Source: a virus
Strand: one strand, 5' to 3'
DNA: 64,000 nt
IMG/VR virus record: IMGVR_UViG_3300035698_009252
Location: 32,001 to 96,000 of that record
A program made the translations under genes and the position numbers. Below, one piece after another: positions 31,734 through 41,566 of the stretch (the first letter of the stretch is position 1; every line of letters starts with the position of its first letter). The notes beneath the pieces were generated by a model. The model did no database searches. It saw only the letters and a list, made by a program, of their open reading frames with translations, and was not told the origin of the DNA.

Positions 31734-32534
31734 TTATGATATGACAATGCCATCCGAAGCATCTGAGATTGAAGCCGTCTCGAATGAGTGGCTAAACATC
31801 CCCAAATCACTTGGACCATTGAATGTGTATCCCTCTGCCGTTGTAACTCCCGTCAACGAGAAAGTCTGCGTCATTATCTTGATGACGTTGTAGGACAGTT
31901 CCGAATAGGTAGTCACCTGGAGAGAGTAAGACACAAGCCCTGCTCTCATATATTTCGGTTCCTGCCCTGCCGTGTTGCCATACATTGGTACCACATCTTG
32001 TGTATATGAAAACGACCAATCCCGTATATCATCTCCGCCGGACCACCAATACGCCGCCGGTTGATTGCTCGGGTCAGAATCATAATCCAAGATGTAACTG
32101 TTAGTGACAGCGCCCCCGGCAATCTTATCATTTATCCCCATAAAAGAGACGCTACAATTGATGAGGCCCCCTGGGGACCCCGAAAGGGACACCGTCTGGG
32201 ATAGACAATTTTCCATGAGATAGTGGTTTTCTCCATCATGGATTCCCACATCGAATTCCCAGTTTCGGTCAAGTATCCGGTCAACCTTAATCACATTGTT
32301 TATCGCATACGTGCTTACATCGAAGTTTAACGAGCCAGTAAAGGTGCTGGTTCCCAGTGCATGAAGAACACGGCCTCGCTTCTGCATTGTCCCATCGAGG
32401 ATGGACGGCAAGTCAAGCATATCAAGCGTCGACGGGGCAACTGCCCGGTCAAAGCTGCCACCCGTGACAACGACCTGCACGCCAAAGATGGTCGCACTGC
32501 CACCATAACCCAGTCTTTTTGCTGAGGTTGTCAT
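31734..32534 (-). CDS. tail tube-like protein (paralogue 3)
   Basis: LGYGG N-terminus and DWSFSYTQDVV motif shared with 33853 and 34779. Confidence 0.55.
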   Translation of the reverse strand: MTTSAKRLGYGGSATIFGVQVVVTGGSFDRAVAPSTLDMLDLPSILDGTMQKRGRVLHALGTSTFTGSLNFDVSTYAINNVIKVDRILDRNWEFDVGIHDGENHYLMENCLSQTVSLSGSPGGLINCSVSFMGINDKIAGGAVTNSYILDYDSDPSNQPAAYWWSGGDDIRDWSFSYTQDVVPMYGNTAGQEPKYMRAGLVSYSLQVTTYSELSYNVIKIMTQTFSLTGVTTAEGYTFNGPSDLGMFSHSFETASISDASDGIVIS

Positions 32535-33265
32535 TCGACTCTCCGGCCACGAGAAAGCCGCGTGTGCCCTCCCGAAGAAATTTTTGTAGGAGACCCCTTC
32601 CGGGTCTTTGTGCGCTGCCTCATGGAGTCCCCTTCCTTACGAGTCATCACCTTGAGCATCAGATATTCCTTGAAAGGCAAAACCGGCAACTCTCCCTTAT
32701 TCAGACCGAACTTTTCCCAGAAGCTCCCCAGAGTGCAGAACATACTCACAGCCTCGCATGCATTCGACACTCCCTGAGTATTCTCCGAGAACAAAATAGA
32801 ACTTTGACGTTCTATGCGGTTCTCGTCCTCCTCGCTAATGATGGTTGTCTGATAAAATTTATCCAGAAGGGCTTCCAGAAGGGGGCCACAAACATTCCCT
32901 ACATGGTCATAACACTCAGAAGTCATCCATCCGCTCTCCCGCTTAATCGGGATGGGCAATGACCACGATAGAAGATTTTTCTTCAACATGAGTCTACGGT
33001 ATTCATTGGGTTCGGAGACCATAACGGATTGTTGCCCATCCCCAATAGGAATGGACCGAGTCGATGCTCGCTCTACGGCATAATTGTCCCCAAATGTGAA
33101 CGTACCGAATACTGCTTTCACCTCTTCTTCCCCATCCTTACCGCTGGGCAAGCACATGCCCTCATGCCAAATCACAGGAACCTTGACCGTAACCCGGTCC
33201 GGGTCACGTATCATTTCCCAGGCTTCGCGAGCCTTGGCATCAACCGTTGTATTCGAGAATTTCAT
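32531..33265 (-). CDS. putative tail assembly chaperone (paralogue 2)
   Basis: NLLSWSL motif; C-terminal LPFKEYLML. Confidence 0.55.
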   Translation of the reverse strand: MKFSNTTVDAKAREAWEMIRDPDRVTVKVPVIWHEGMCLPSGKDGEEEVKAVFGTFTFGDNYAVERASTRSIPIGDGQQSVMVSEPNEYRRLMLKKNLLSWSLPIPIKRESGWMTSECYDHVGNVCGPLLEALLDKFYQTTIISEEDENRIERQSSILFSENTQGVSNACEAVSMFCTLGSFWEKFGLNKGELPVLPFKEYLMLKVMTRKEGDSMRQRTKTRKGSPTKISSGGHTRLSRGRRVE

Positions 33266-33728
33266 TCATCCCGTCCAATATTCGTCGAATGATGTTCGGA
33301 TGCAACTTTTTGAAATTGTTCCACGATTCATCCGTCAGGGTGTCATTCACCCGGTGAATTTTCAGCCTCGGGTTGTCTTTATCAAAAGTCCAGGATTGCA
33401 AGAGTTTCTGCACCTTGAGCCGGTCCAAGAGGTCTGTATCTACCAGGTGCACCCTTCTTGCCGTGTCAAACGACGTAGCGGATTTGCGGAGCATCACAAT
33501 CTCATCATAATTCCATACCCGGAAAACGACCTTATGGGTTGAAATCCCCTTCCCCTTACCTGGCACGACAACCCATCGATTATCAACGGACCGCAAGTGT
33601 ATCTCCACCTCGAATGTGTGCTCCGGTGTAACCTCATACTTCCCCGGCGACATCAAAGCCTCATCCACCCGAGGACCTTCCGGTTTGGGTTTTGTTTTCG
33701 TATTCTGTTTCTGTTTTACAGTTGCCAT
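33240..33728 (-). CDS. putative tail assembly chaperone (paralogue 1)
   Basis: LLQSWTF...LTDESWNNFKKLHP. Confidence 0.55.
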   Translation of the reverse strand: MATVKQKQNTKTKPKPEGPRVDEALMSPGKYEVTPEHTFEVEIHLRSVDNRWVVVPGKGKGISTHKVVFRVWNYDEIVMLRKSATSFDTARRVHLVDTDLLDRLKVQKLLQSWTFDKDNPRLKIHRVNDTLTDESWNNFKKLHPNIIRRILDGMNEILEYNG

Positions 33729-33742
33729 GGCTATTCCCTCAC

Positions 33743-33796
33743 AAAAAAAGCGCAGAAATCCACCAGGTCGGGATAGACCTGTGGCGCTCTACGCTT
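33743..33796 (-). terminator. intrinsic terminator/attenuator after the tube genes
   Basis: AAGCGTAGA...CCACAGGTC-loop-GACCTGGTGG...TCTGCGCTT ending in a T7 run. Confidence 0.6.
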
Positions 33797-33852
33797 ATCG
33801 CTCATTTCATTTCTCGTTAATATTGTCGGACTTTTGTCCGGGGTGAATTGCC

Positions 33853-34746
33853 TTACGGCACCAATTCTATTTCATAGACAGTATACTCAACATCCAGAGC
33901 CGTTACTCCGTCCGGCGGTTGCAAATCGTCTTGCTCTGTGTTGTGTTCACATCGCTTCAACCTCAACTGCACATTGTCCCCTGTCGGATAATCACCGACG
34001 GTCACGGTTATCTCGGGAATCGAATCCCCAAGGAAATCTGAGGCGATGTACGAACCGGAGAATACCACCATCAAAGGTCCCACTGCCAGATATTTCGGAG
34101 GCTGAGAAGAAGTATTGTGCTCGCATGTGAAGAACTTAACTACATCTTGAGAGAAACTCAACGACCAAGTTGTAAATTCGTAGTCCTTTGTGCCAACGGT
34201 TATGTTTGTACCCCAGAACGGCAACGGAGAGTTGTTCAAGGGGTTCAGTTGGTAAGGGTACTCCTGACTGGGAGGGCAAATGGCCGTGCCTCCTGAGCCG
34301 GGAGGGTAATTCCCGGACTTCTCTGGGTCGAAATCGCCGTAAGTATATGCAGACCGGTCCAAAGCTACAAATTGGACGGAACCATCCATCAAGGAGTTTT
34401 CAGAAGCCGAAATGGTGATGTTGTTGAACCACGTGTGCTCGTAGAGCTGGTCGTTGGCGTTACGAGTGCTAAACCAAACCGGTTTGCTTGCCTGTCTGTC
34501 AAAGAGCCAACCAACAACAACATCACGAAAAAAGTTGATGTCTACTTCGAGACTCAGGCTTCCATCGTAAATCGCATAGTCGTAGTTGTACGGAAGCCCG
34601 AGTCCCATCTCGCCTGGCGGGCTAGAGATTTTCCCTCCGTAGCCCGCCATCGATTCGAGACGAGGACGCGCCCTTGGAACGGACATGCCAGTTCCAAGGG
34701 CGAACTTGTCGTCAACCGTGACCCAGCCTTCGTAGCCGAGACCCAT
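33853..34746 (-). CDS. tail tube-like protein (paralogue 2)
   Basis: MGLGYEGWV; TWSLSFSQDVVKFFTC. Confidence 0.55.
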   Translation of the reverse strand: MGLGYEGWVTVDDKFALGTGMSVPRARPRLESMAGYGGKISSPPGEMGLGLPYNYDYAIYDGSLSLEVDINFFRDVVVGWLFDRQASKPVWFSTRNANDQLYEHTWFNNITISASENSLMDGSVQFVALDRSAYTYGDFDPEKSGNYPPGSGGTAICPPSQEYPYQLNPLNNSPLPFWGTNITVGTKDYEFTTWSLSFSQDVVKFFTCEHNTSSQPPKYLAVGPLMVVFSGSYIASDFLGDSIPEITVTVGDYPTGDNVQLRLKRCEHNTEQDDLQPPDGVTALDVEYTVYEIELVP

Positions 34747-34778
34747 GTTCTTTTATCCCTGCTTACACGCAGACGACA

Positions 34779-35909
34779 TTACATCGAGATTTCGGGTGTC
34801 GCCGAGTAAGCGTTTGCCCCGTAATTGGACATAAGGAACGGCGGAAGCACGTTATCCGCGCCATCGCAACGGCCACCCAACCCCTTCAGGTTGAATGTCC
34901 GGTTTGTCACCGCATCCTGTCCCTGGATTCCGTAGTCATCCCCTTCGATAACACACGCGGGAATGGCCATGAAGCTGTCATTCGTACCATCATTGATGGA
35001 GACACGGAAGATGGTGTTGTTAGCGAACAGGTATGGGCTCGTAATCGTGCCCGTGTGTGCTGGCCCCAGAATCGGGTCAAAGACACCGCCCTGGTTGAAC
35101 AATACCACGCTACCCGTCACATCCATCGGCCCCATCATCACTGCCGTCGGCAAACGACTGCCGTTGCAAGTGTATACGAGGACCTGGTTCTGTGCCACGT
35201 CGACACTCCACTCCACCGTCTCCGTCCCGGACTGAATCTCCGTCTCCGCCGCAAACGGTACCCACGGAGCCGGAGTCGTGGTCGTTCCCGCGATAATCCT
35301 CAACTCCGTCTGGGTCCTCCAGAACGGAATCGGGTTCACGTTCGTGCCACCGGGATTCAATGGATTCGTCGTGTCCAGGGTGAGGCAGGAATCCGCAATC
35401 ACACCGAACTTCTGTGAGAGGTAGGTGTACTGCGAGAAGTCCGTACCACCGATGGGGTCCGCTTCTGCCCGATTCAGGGCGAGTGCGCCCAACGAGCACG
35501 TCAAGAACGACCCCTCCGAGGTGGAGAAACCCGCTGACGTGTTGTAGATACCGCCCTGCACTGGGGATACGACTGAGTTGTCATAAGTGTACACCCGAGC
35601 ACCGTCCGGCGAGATTTGCATGTACGCCGAGTACGCCCTGTTACGGATGCACCACCCGTCAACCCACTTCCAAATGAACCCACTTGCGCCGAACTGCATC
35701 TCAATGTCGATGTTACCCTCATAACGCAGGGCGCTATCGGCATAGTGCGCGGACGTAGCTGCATTGTACCAGCCCGAGCCCCACACTGCTGTCGAATAGA
35801 TGGGCTCCAGCATCAGATTTACGCTCGCCCCTGTCGCCAAGAGTACAGCATCTGTGCCTGTGCCACCATTCTCCGCAATTTTCACAAATCCTTGATAACC
35901 CATGCCCAT
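34779..35909 (-). CDS. major tail tube-like protein (paralogue 1)
   Basis: MGMGYQGFV; EWSVDVAQNQVLVYTC; GGAGG RBS. Confidence 0.6.
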   Translation of the reverse strand: MGMGYQGFVKIAENGGTGTDAVLLATGASVNLMLEPIYSTAVWGSGWYNAATSAHYADSALRYEGNIDIEMQFGASGFIWKWVDGWCIRNRAYSAYMQISPDGARVYTYDNSVVSPVQGGIYNTSAGFSTSEGSFLTCSLGALALNRAEADPIGGTDFSQYTYLSQKFGVIADSCLTLDTTNPLNPGGTNVNPIPFWRTQTELRIIAGTTTTPAPWVPFAAETEIQSGTETVEWSVDVAQNQVLVYTCNGSRLPTAVMMGPMDVTGSVVLFNQGGVFDPILGPAHTGTITSPYLFANNTIFRVSINDGTNDSFMAIPACVIEGDDYGIQGQDAVTNRTFNLKGLGGRCDGADNVLPPFLMSNYGANAYSATPEISM

Positions 35910-35926
35910 GACTATTTCCTCCTATT

Positions 35927-36721
35927 TTACAGCACTACTTGTCGTTCTTTGAGGTTCCTTACCTCTATTGCGTCTCCAACCGTTCCGGTCGAACCAGCAG
36001 GAGCAAAAGCCGCCCCCGTCACGTCAAGGAACCTGTCTGCCGAAGTCCCAACCGAAATTGATGCCCCCGGAGCACTGCCACCAGGAACCGTCACATCAAT
36101 AGTTGTAGGGTTGTTATTCACGTCTTTTACCGTCAACCTCAAATCCAAATCTGTTCCGCCCATCGTGCCGACCACAATCCGAAGCTGTGTCGCTGCGAAG
36201 TAACTGCCATTTGCCGGATTGAGCCCACTTCCATCTCCGTAATTAATGCCATCCGTAAAGCTGATTACCGGCCCTGCCGCCACACTTACATCGGCAAACT
36301 TGTCATCCCCCTCCGAGAACACATGCACCGCGAGCATGTACGAACCCTGCGTCGCCTGGTACAACTCGGCGAAGTATTGGCTAACCCGCTCATCTTTCGC
36401 ATCGAGGTATCCATCCCATCCTCCAACCTGTAGCGGGTCTCCATTCGAGTCCTTCCTCGTAAAATGTCCATTCATACCAGAAACGATGTTCCGTAGGGTT
36501 GTCCCTACCACCATCTCTGTCGGTGCTAAATCATCATCTACGGCCTTATATGGCCCCAAACACGGGATTTCTACATCCGGGTCGCCCGTGTCTGTTATCG
36601 TCTCCCAGTAGTATTCCGTTCCCTGTGCCTCTATTACGACGGACACCGCTTTCATTTGCCCGTACTGATAGGCAGCCCTATCGGCTACCCTCAGCAGAGT
36701 CGCAACGTCAACCAATGGCAT
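35927..36721 (-). CDS. hypothetical virion structural protein
   Basis: Start reset to MPLVDV; beta-rich C-terminus. Confidence 0.6.
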   Translation of the reverse strand: MPLVDVATLLRVADRAAYQYGQMKAVSVVIEAQGTEYYWETITDTGDPDVEIPCLGPYKAVDDDLAPTEMVVGTTLRNIVSGMNGHFTRKDSNGDPLQVGGWDGYLDAKDERVSQYFAELYQATQGSYMLAVHVFSEGDDKFADVSVAAGPVISFTDGINYGDGSGLNPANGSYFAATQLRIVVGTMGGTDLDLRLTVKDVNNNPTTIDVTVPGGSAPGASISVGTSADRFLDVTGAAFAPAGSTGTVGDAIEVRNLKERQVVL

Positions 36722-37013
36722 TTGACAACTCTCTCTCGTACCCCACGACTTTCTTTCGAATATTTGCGACGACGGCCAACGCCTTGCTTGCCTCATTCGC
36801 CACTATATCCGAGAAATCAGCCATCTCCTGCAATCCCTCTTTGTACTTCGAAGTTGTCACCGTGCCACCCAGGAAAAAGTTCTCGGCTTTCCGAAGTTCC
36901 ACAATGGCCTTCCGAATTAGCGCAAACCGGCCTGCCATCTTCGTAAAAGCAGGGACAGTGTTAAGCCTTCCGTAGAAGGGCAACAGACTGATTCCTGACC
37001 TTCGTCGCCTCAT
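36708..37013 (-). CDS. hypothetical protein (possibly joined to 36961..37203 by a frameshift)
   Basis: Overlaps the upstream ORF in the +1 frame; start uncertain. Confidence 0.45.
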   Translation of the reverse strand: MRRRRSGISLLPFYGRLNTVPAFTKMAGRFALIRKAIVELRKAENFFLGGTVTTSKYKEGLQEMADFSDIVANEASKALAVVANIRKKVVGYERELSNAIG

Positions 37014-37203
37014 TCTTCAACCTCATTAACTCTGATTCTAGAGCGTTCAACCCGCTCAGAACAGTACCAACTTCTTCCCGCCCCGCATCACCGTCCTGAA
37101 GAATATCCAATACCTTCAACGCCCGGCGATTTGCCTGGTACGGTCCTTCTCCGACCTTGATTGTCTGGTCGTATCTTTTCTGAAGCAATTCGCTGTTTCG
37201 CAT
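36961..37203 (-). CDS. hypothetical protein
   Basis: Directly downstream of the conserved promoter-like motif. Confidence 0.6.
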   Translation of the reverse strand: MRNSELLQKRYDQTIKVGEGPYQANRRALKVLDILQDGDAGREEVGTVLSGLNALESELMRLKNEATKVRNQSVALLRKA

Positions 37204-37213
37204 GTTTGTCCAT

Positions 37214-37239
37214 CCACCTATGGTGCTTATATCAAAGAA
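37214..37239 (-). promoter_or_regulatory. conserved phage promoter-like motif, copy 1
   Basis: TTCTTTGATAT-N7-ATAGGTGG. Confidence 0.7.
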
Positions 37240-37242
37240 TTA

Positions 37243-37791
37243 TCACACCTCGACCTCTATGGGCCTGACGATAGATGGGGAATTTGTATCCCCAATCTGC
37301 CACATAGACTCCGGGAAAGGCTCGTGAATTAAGGCGAACCACGAGAACTCCGCAACCCGCATGGTCCCATCTCGCGAAGCACCGTACGAGATATCCTCCA
37401 CCAAGCTGTCCAGGATATACGTATCCACGAGCCCCATGCTCGAATCCCAACGGGTTTCGTTCTGAACCAGGAGCTGTAAATTCTGAGGGCTCGTCATTAT
37501 CTCACCAAGGATGGTTGCCAAGGTGGTTATGTACTCCACCCCATATTTCTCCTTGGAATTAGAGACTGTCAGGGTACAAGTGAAGGTGTATCGGGGCCTT
37601 TGAGCCCGTGTCGTAGCCCACTGATTTGCCCCTGTCCCCGGCTCAATCTCGAAGCTGGGATAAGCCTTAATGGGAAGGGTCTGGCGCATCCCCTCCAAAA
37701 CGGTAAGCCGCCGCGAGCCCTGAAACTCCCGAACAACTCGGTTGATTTGCTGTTCGTTCCTGTTCAACAGGCTTATCACGGTTTGAATCAA
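37243..37791 (-). CDS. putative tail terminator/completion protein
   Basis: Position in the head-tail region; YPSFEIEP..FTCTLTV pattern. Confidence 0.45.
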   Translation of the reverse strand: MIQTVISLLNRNEQQINRVVREFQGSRRLTVLEGMRQTLPIKAYPSFEIEPGTGANQWATTRAQRPRYTFTCTLTVSNSKEKYGVEYITTLATILGEIMTSPQNLQLLVQNETRWDSSMGLVDTYILDSLVEDISYGASRDGTMRVAEFSWFALIHEPFPESMWQIGDTNSPSIVRPIEVEV

Positions 37792-37827
37792 ATTGTGTGG
37801 ATTCGTATAGATGGCGTCACCTTTATC

Positions 37828-38229
37828 CTATTCCGGGAACTCGACCCGCAACGACTGTGCCACCTTCTTCATCTCCAAAGCCGCCTGAAGGTCATCCTCA
37901 AGCCCTTCCTCTACAAATACTCCTACTGTCTTTATGCCATAACGATTCGCAATATGAGAAGCTCTATGCGTCAATTCCCGGACAATCGCAACCTTGGCGT
38001 CATGGGCTGTGAAGCCAACATCTATGGTCATCTCGTCCGGGGAATCTTTCCGCAAGAGGAAGGTTTCGATTTCCTCGTTAGCCCGGATACGTTCAAGAAG
38101 TCGCTGTACCTCGAAATGGATTTCATTGTAGGCATACTTCTCTACGCCATCCTGCCGAGGAATGTGAATCGACACCAAGAACGGAATGAGGTTATTGGCT
38201 TCCTGCTCGATTGCTGCTACCAGTTTCAT
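37828..38229 (-). CDS. hypothetical protein
   Basis: Coupled ORF (TAATG). Confidence 0.6.
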   Translation of the reverse strand: MKLVAAIEQEANNLIPFLVSIHIPRQDGVEKYAYNEIHFEVQRLLERIRANEEIETFLLRKDSPDEMTIDVGFTAHDAKVAIVRELTHRASHIANRYGIKTVGVFVEEGLEDDLQAALEMKKVAQSLRVEFPE

Positions 38230-38714
38230 TAGAAGTCTTGCTCCGGTATTGATGGTGGCTGGAAGTTCGGAGGTATCGTCCGAGAGAAATGACTCTTACG
38301 CCTCTGCCCCGGAATCCTGTGATTATACCTCTTCATGGCGAATATCTGCCGTCGTGAGTCCTCAATGTACGTCGTCGCTTGCTCCGTTGTGTTCTGAGAG
38401 AGCTGCTGGAATTCATTGAGCAGAAGCAACGCTGCTGACCAATACCGAGCGGCTCGGCGTAAATCGCCAGGGAAAAGGGGCTTCGTCGTCCCATCCGGCA
38501 TAACCCGGTTCATAGACGTGAGAGGGGTGTGATAGAGTTCGTCCAGGACAGCATCGATTTCCCGATCCACCATCTCCTGGTACTTGTTGACATCCGGTTC
38601 GTCAAGCGTGGCCAGCTTACCCTCGTCGATATCCATGACACTCAAGACAGACTGGACGTCGCTCCATGCCCCCGAATAGTATTCTTCGCCGGTCGTTGGA
38701 CTCAAATCGGCCAT
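38229..38714 (-). CDS. putative head-tail connector (Mu gp36-like)
   Basis: VDREIDAVLDELYHTPL...PGDLRRAARYWSAALLL. Confidence 0.5.
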   Translation of the reverse strand: MADLSPTTGEEYYSGAWSDVQSVLSVMDIDEGKLATLDEPDVNKYQEMVDREIDAVLDELYHTPLTSMNRVMPDGTTKPLFPGDLRRAARYWSAALLLLNEFQQLSQNTTEQATTYIEDSRRQIFAMKRYNHRIPGQRRKSHFSRTIPPNFQPPSIPEQDF

Positions 38715-38995
38715 ATCGTATCTCCCCTGCGAGCCTCACTTATCCCAAGAACACCCTCTGCAATTCTTTCCACCCGAGCATCTGGCATCTTCTCTCTGAT
38801 TCGGCGAGCAATTTTGTCTGACCCGGTCAAGCTTCTGACGACAACATCAAACTCCGACGCTCCGGCACGCTTCCCGTCGGTAACGATGAATCCTTCCTTC
38901 CGCACCCGGTAAACCTCCCGGCGCACTTCTGTAAGGAACATCGTTGACGTGATAAGGTCACCGATTTCCGCAATTTCTTCAGATAAATCCTTCAT
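38702..38995 (-). CDS. hypothetical protein
   Basis: Coupled ORF. Confidence 0.6.
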   Translation of the reverse strand: MKDLSEEIAEIGDLITSTMFLTEVRREVYRVRKEGFIVTDGKRAGASEFDVVVRSLTGSDKIARRIREKMPDARVERIAEGVLGISEARRGDTIWPI

Positions 38996-39384
38996 GGTGT
39001 TTGGTCGTAAATGATGTAAAACAGCTCAACCCCTCCAACGATGTTTGATACCGCATAGAGATTCGCAGCCGCAATCCCGATTCTAACAAGCTGCTCATCC
39101 CCACCATACAGCCGGATGAGCGGATAAAGTGTTCCCCCCGTATAGTTCCCGATATCTATGTAATCTGTCGCCGTGGTCGACAAACTCTTAAACACAGACC
39201 AACCTGGAAGGAGAACGCTTCCCGGCTCAATCAGGACGTCCACGTTCGTGATGGTCATTGTGTTTCTGATAAGGCGAGCGGATGTTGACTCCTGGTCCGC
39301 TTTCAAAGTCTGCGATGCGTAGGAATCGTTAAGAGAACCATTTGCCAACGCCATCTGTAATTTGTATGTAATTTCTAAAGACAT
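38992..39384 (-). CDS. hypothetical virion protein
   Basis: 130-aa beta-rich ORF. Confidence 0.6.
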   Translation of the reverse strand: MSLEITYKLQMALANGSLNDSYASQTLKADQESTSARLIRNTMTITNVDVLIEPGSVLLPGWSVFKSLSTTATDYIDIGNYTGGTLYPLIRLYGGDEQLVRIGIAAANLYAVSNIVGGVELFYIIYDQTP

Positions 39385-39394
39385 ATTTACACCT

Positions 39395-40192
39395 CTACAT
39401 CCATTGGTTAGGCTTGAAGCCCCGCAATCTTCCCGTTAGGAATGGGATTCCGTGCGCTCCCCTTGAGCCACCCATTCCCCGAATCGCATCGTAATAGAAA
39501 GTCGTTGGAGGGGAAAGGTAATTGCCCGACTTGAATTTCTCATTGTCCATCGCCCTATCAGCCCGCGACTCGGCGTTCGACTTCAGGGTCTCAAACTGAC
39601 TGGCAATATCCCCACCGCCACCCTCAATATCGTTCGGCCCGATGGCAAAAAGCAGTCGGTACTTCCACAAATCGTAATCCAGCAGCAATTTCTCCATACA
39701 CTGGGCAAAAGCCAGGTCCGTCATCACGCCGTACCAGAACGTTGGGGCAGTGGCCACCGTATAGCCCGTGGGAGGCCCGTATGCACCGGCATTGATGATT
39801 TGAACGGCACACTTGAAGAACCCCTCAAGGACAGCCACCGGGAAGTAGTCAAACCAGTATGTGCAAAGGACTTCCTCCCTGGGACGGCCATCGCCTCCTA
39901 CCGTTACCGCCCCTGCCTGGAATGTTCCATAGGAGTACCCGACGTTCGTAACGCTTGCTGACGCCAGCTCCTGGCCCATCTTCCATACCCGCAACGGGGC
40001 ATCTTGGAGCCAATTGCCGAAGGTCACCTGCCACGTCAAGTTGTCATCCGGGCTCAAATTGCACGGTTCGTCGTGAATGTGAATCTGCCGAAATGACATC
40101 AGCCGAGGTGTCAAGTACTCATCAATCAGCACGTTGAACTGACTGCTGCTTGCTACCCCGGTTGGTATGTAAGTGCCTGCGAAGACCGCCAT
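39395..40192 (-). CDS. putative neck/head-completion protein
   Basis: 265 aa; position and helical C-terminal half. Confidence 0.45.
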   Translation of the reverse strand: MAVFAGTYIPTGVASSSQFNVLIDEYLTPRLMSFRQIHIHDEPCNLSPDDNLTWQVTFGNWLQDAPLRVWKMGQELASASVTNVGYSYGTFQAGAVTVGGDGRPREEVLCTYWFDYFPVAVLEGFFKCAVQIINAGAYGPPTGYTVATAPTFWYGVMTDLAFAQCMEKLLLDYDLWKYRLLFAIGPNDIEGGGGDIASQFETLKSNAESRADRAMDNEKFKSGNYLSPPTTFYYDAIRGMGGSRGAHGIPFLTGRLRGFKPNQWM

Positions 40193-40204
40193 GATTCCTA
40201 CTCC

Positions 40205-40615
40205 TTAGAACGCTCTTAGGTCCACCCTTCCCGATTCGGAACCGAAGGTATTTGAGAAAATCTTGTCATCATTGGGATGCCATCCGAACATCTTCAAGAA
40301 TTCCTGAAGGCCACGCGGCCCTTCGCCGTGGTAGCCAAAGCTGAACCCATTAAAAGTATGGGTTTCGGTGCTGCCATCCACCACCCACCTGAACCGTGCT
40401 TCCGTAATCCATTCAATGTGTTTGCTGTCGTAGGTAAAGGTCCCGTCGACCAAGAGATATCCAGCCTCCTTGATGCGCCGTGCATTTTCAAGGCTGTCGC
40501 GAGTCGCCCCTTCCCGCTTGAGCTGCAACATCTTCACGACCTGGAAGTCGCTTTTGAGAGCGACCAATTCCTTTGCCACCCCCAAAAGTTCTTTTGCCAC
40601 GGCTTGTCTGTTCAT
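40205..40615 (-). CDS. leader-family protein
   Basis: MNRQAVAKELLGVAKELVA. Confidence 0.8.
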   Translation of the reverse strand: MNRQAVAKELLGVAKELVALKSDFQVVKMLQLKREGATRDSLENARRIKEAGYLLVDGTFTYDSKHIEWITEARFRWVVDGSTETHTFNGFSFGYHGEGPRGLQEFLKMFGWHPNDDKIFSNTFGSESGRVDLRAF

Positions 40616-40962
40616 TACCAACCTCTCATGTATTCGGATATCTCATCACCGTACTTGCGCCAAAGTCGCCTAATCGGGGGAGCATTCAGCAGAAAATGCC
40701 CCTTAGCCGCTTCCAAGAATAGATAAACAGCATCTTTCCCCTTCGTCCCCCACTTGCCGTTCAGTTGCTTTTTAACAGCCGCTAAAGAGTCGACGACCTG
40801 CTTGACAATCGGGGCGGTATTCGGTCTGTCATCAACCGAAGCAAGAGCCCACTTCTCAAGACTCACATACAGCTTCGAAAGACGTTCTCGGGCCATTGGG
40901 TCGTCATCCGCAAACATCTCGGCAATCTCTACCAGTTCCTGTGCAATTGCTTCTCTTTTCAT
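40615..40962 (-). CDS. leader-family protein
   Basis: MKREAIAQELVEIAEMFA. Confidence 0.75.
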   Translation of the reverse strand: MKREAIAQELVEIAEMFADDDPMARERLSKLYVSLEKWALASVDDRPNTAPIVKQVVDSLAAVKKQLNGKWGTKGKDAVYLFLEAAKGHFLLNAPPIRRLWRKYGDEISEYMRGW

Positions 40963-40976
40963 ATCGCCCTCAATAT

Positions 40977-41555
40977 TTAGAACATCTTCATAAGGGATTT
41001 GGCATAAACCAACGTCAAAGCCCCCATAACCATACCCTCTTCATTGTTGTCGTCCTCGGCATCTAAGAGCATCATCCGCCCTTTGCGACGCATCGAGTCC
41101 AGCTTACCCTTGTCCATCCCTGACAACTTTTTGTAGACGGCCTTTGAAATCCTGTCTATCTCGGAACTGCTAAGGGATACTTCCAAATCCATATCCTTAA
41201 GAACGGATTTCAGCTTCCCCGCCGACAATAGCCCGGCACTATCACTCCGGTGTGCCAACTCGTCCTTGAGCATCCGTTCGATTATCTGATTAACATCACG
41301 GTCAGTCGTGTTGGCACGAGAAGGCGTCTGGAGCGCCCCCCTCGTCCCAACTTGGATATCCCACCAAACCCTTGTCCCGAGACTCCTGTCCGCCGGATTC
41401 CTTACGACATAGACATGGACCCCATCAATCTCTCCGGCCCAAGCATACGCGCCAAGACCTATATCCATTTTCCGAAGTCCCCTCAGAAAGTTCGGAGCCG
41501 CCATCAGTTCCTTAGCAACCCTCACCAACTCTTTTGCTACTGCTTGTCGGTTCAT
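40977..41555 (-). CDS. leader-family protein
   Basis: MNRQAVAKELVRVAKELMA. Confidence 0.8.
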   Translation of the reverse strand: MNRQAVAKELVRVAKELMAAPNFLRGLRKMDIGLGAYAWAGEIDGVHVYVVRNPADRSLGTRVWWDIQVGTRGALQTPSRANTTDRDVNQIIERMLKDELAHRSDSAGLLSAGKLKSVLKDMDLEVSLSSSEIDRISKAVYKKLSGMDKGKLDSMRRKGRMMLLDAEDDNNEEGMVMGALTLVYAKSLMKMF

Positions 41556-41566
41556 TACGTCCCCCC

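Noticed and set aside
32531-33728. Classic tail-chaperone -1 frameshift
   Set aside because: The ORFs overlap by 26 nt but no X_XXY_YYZ heptamer is visible at the overlap, and the second ORF has its own ATG.
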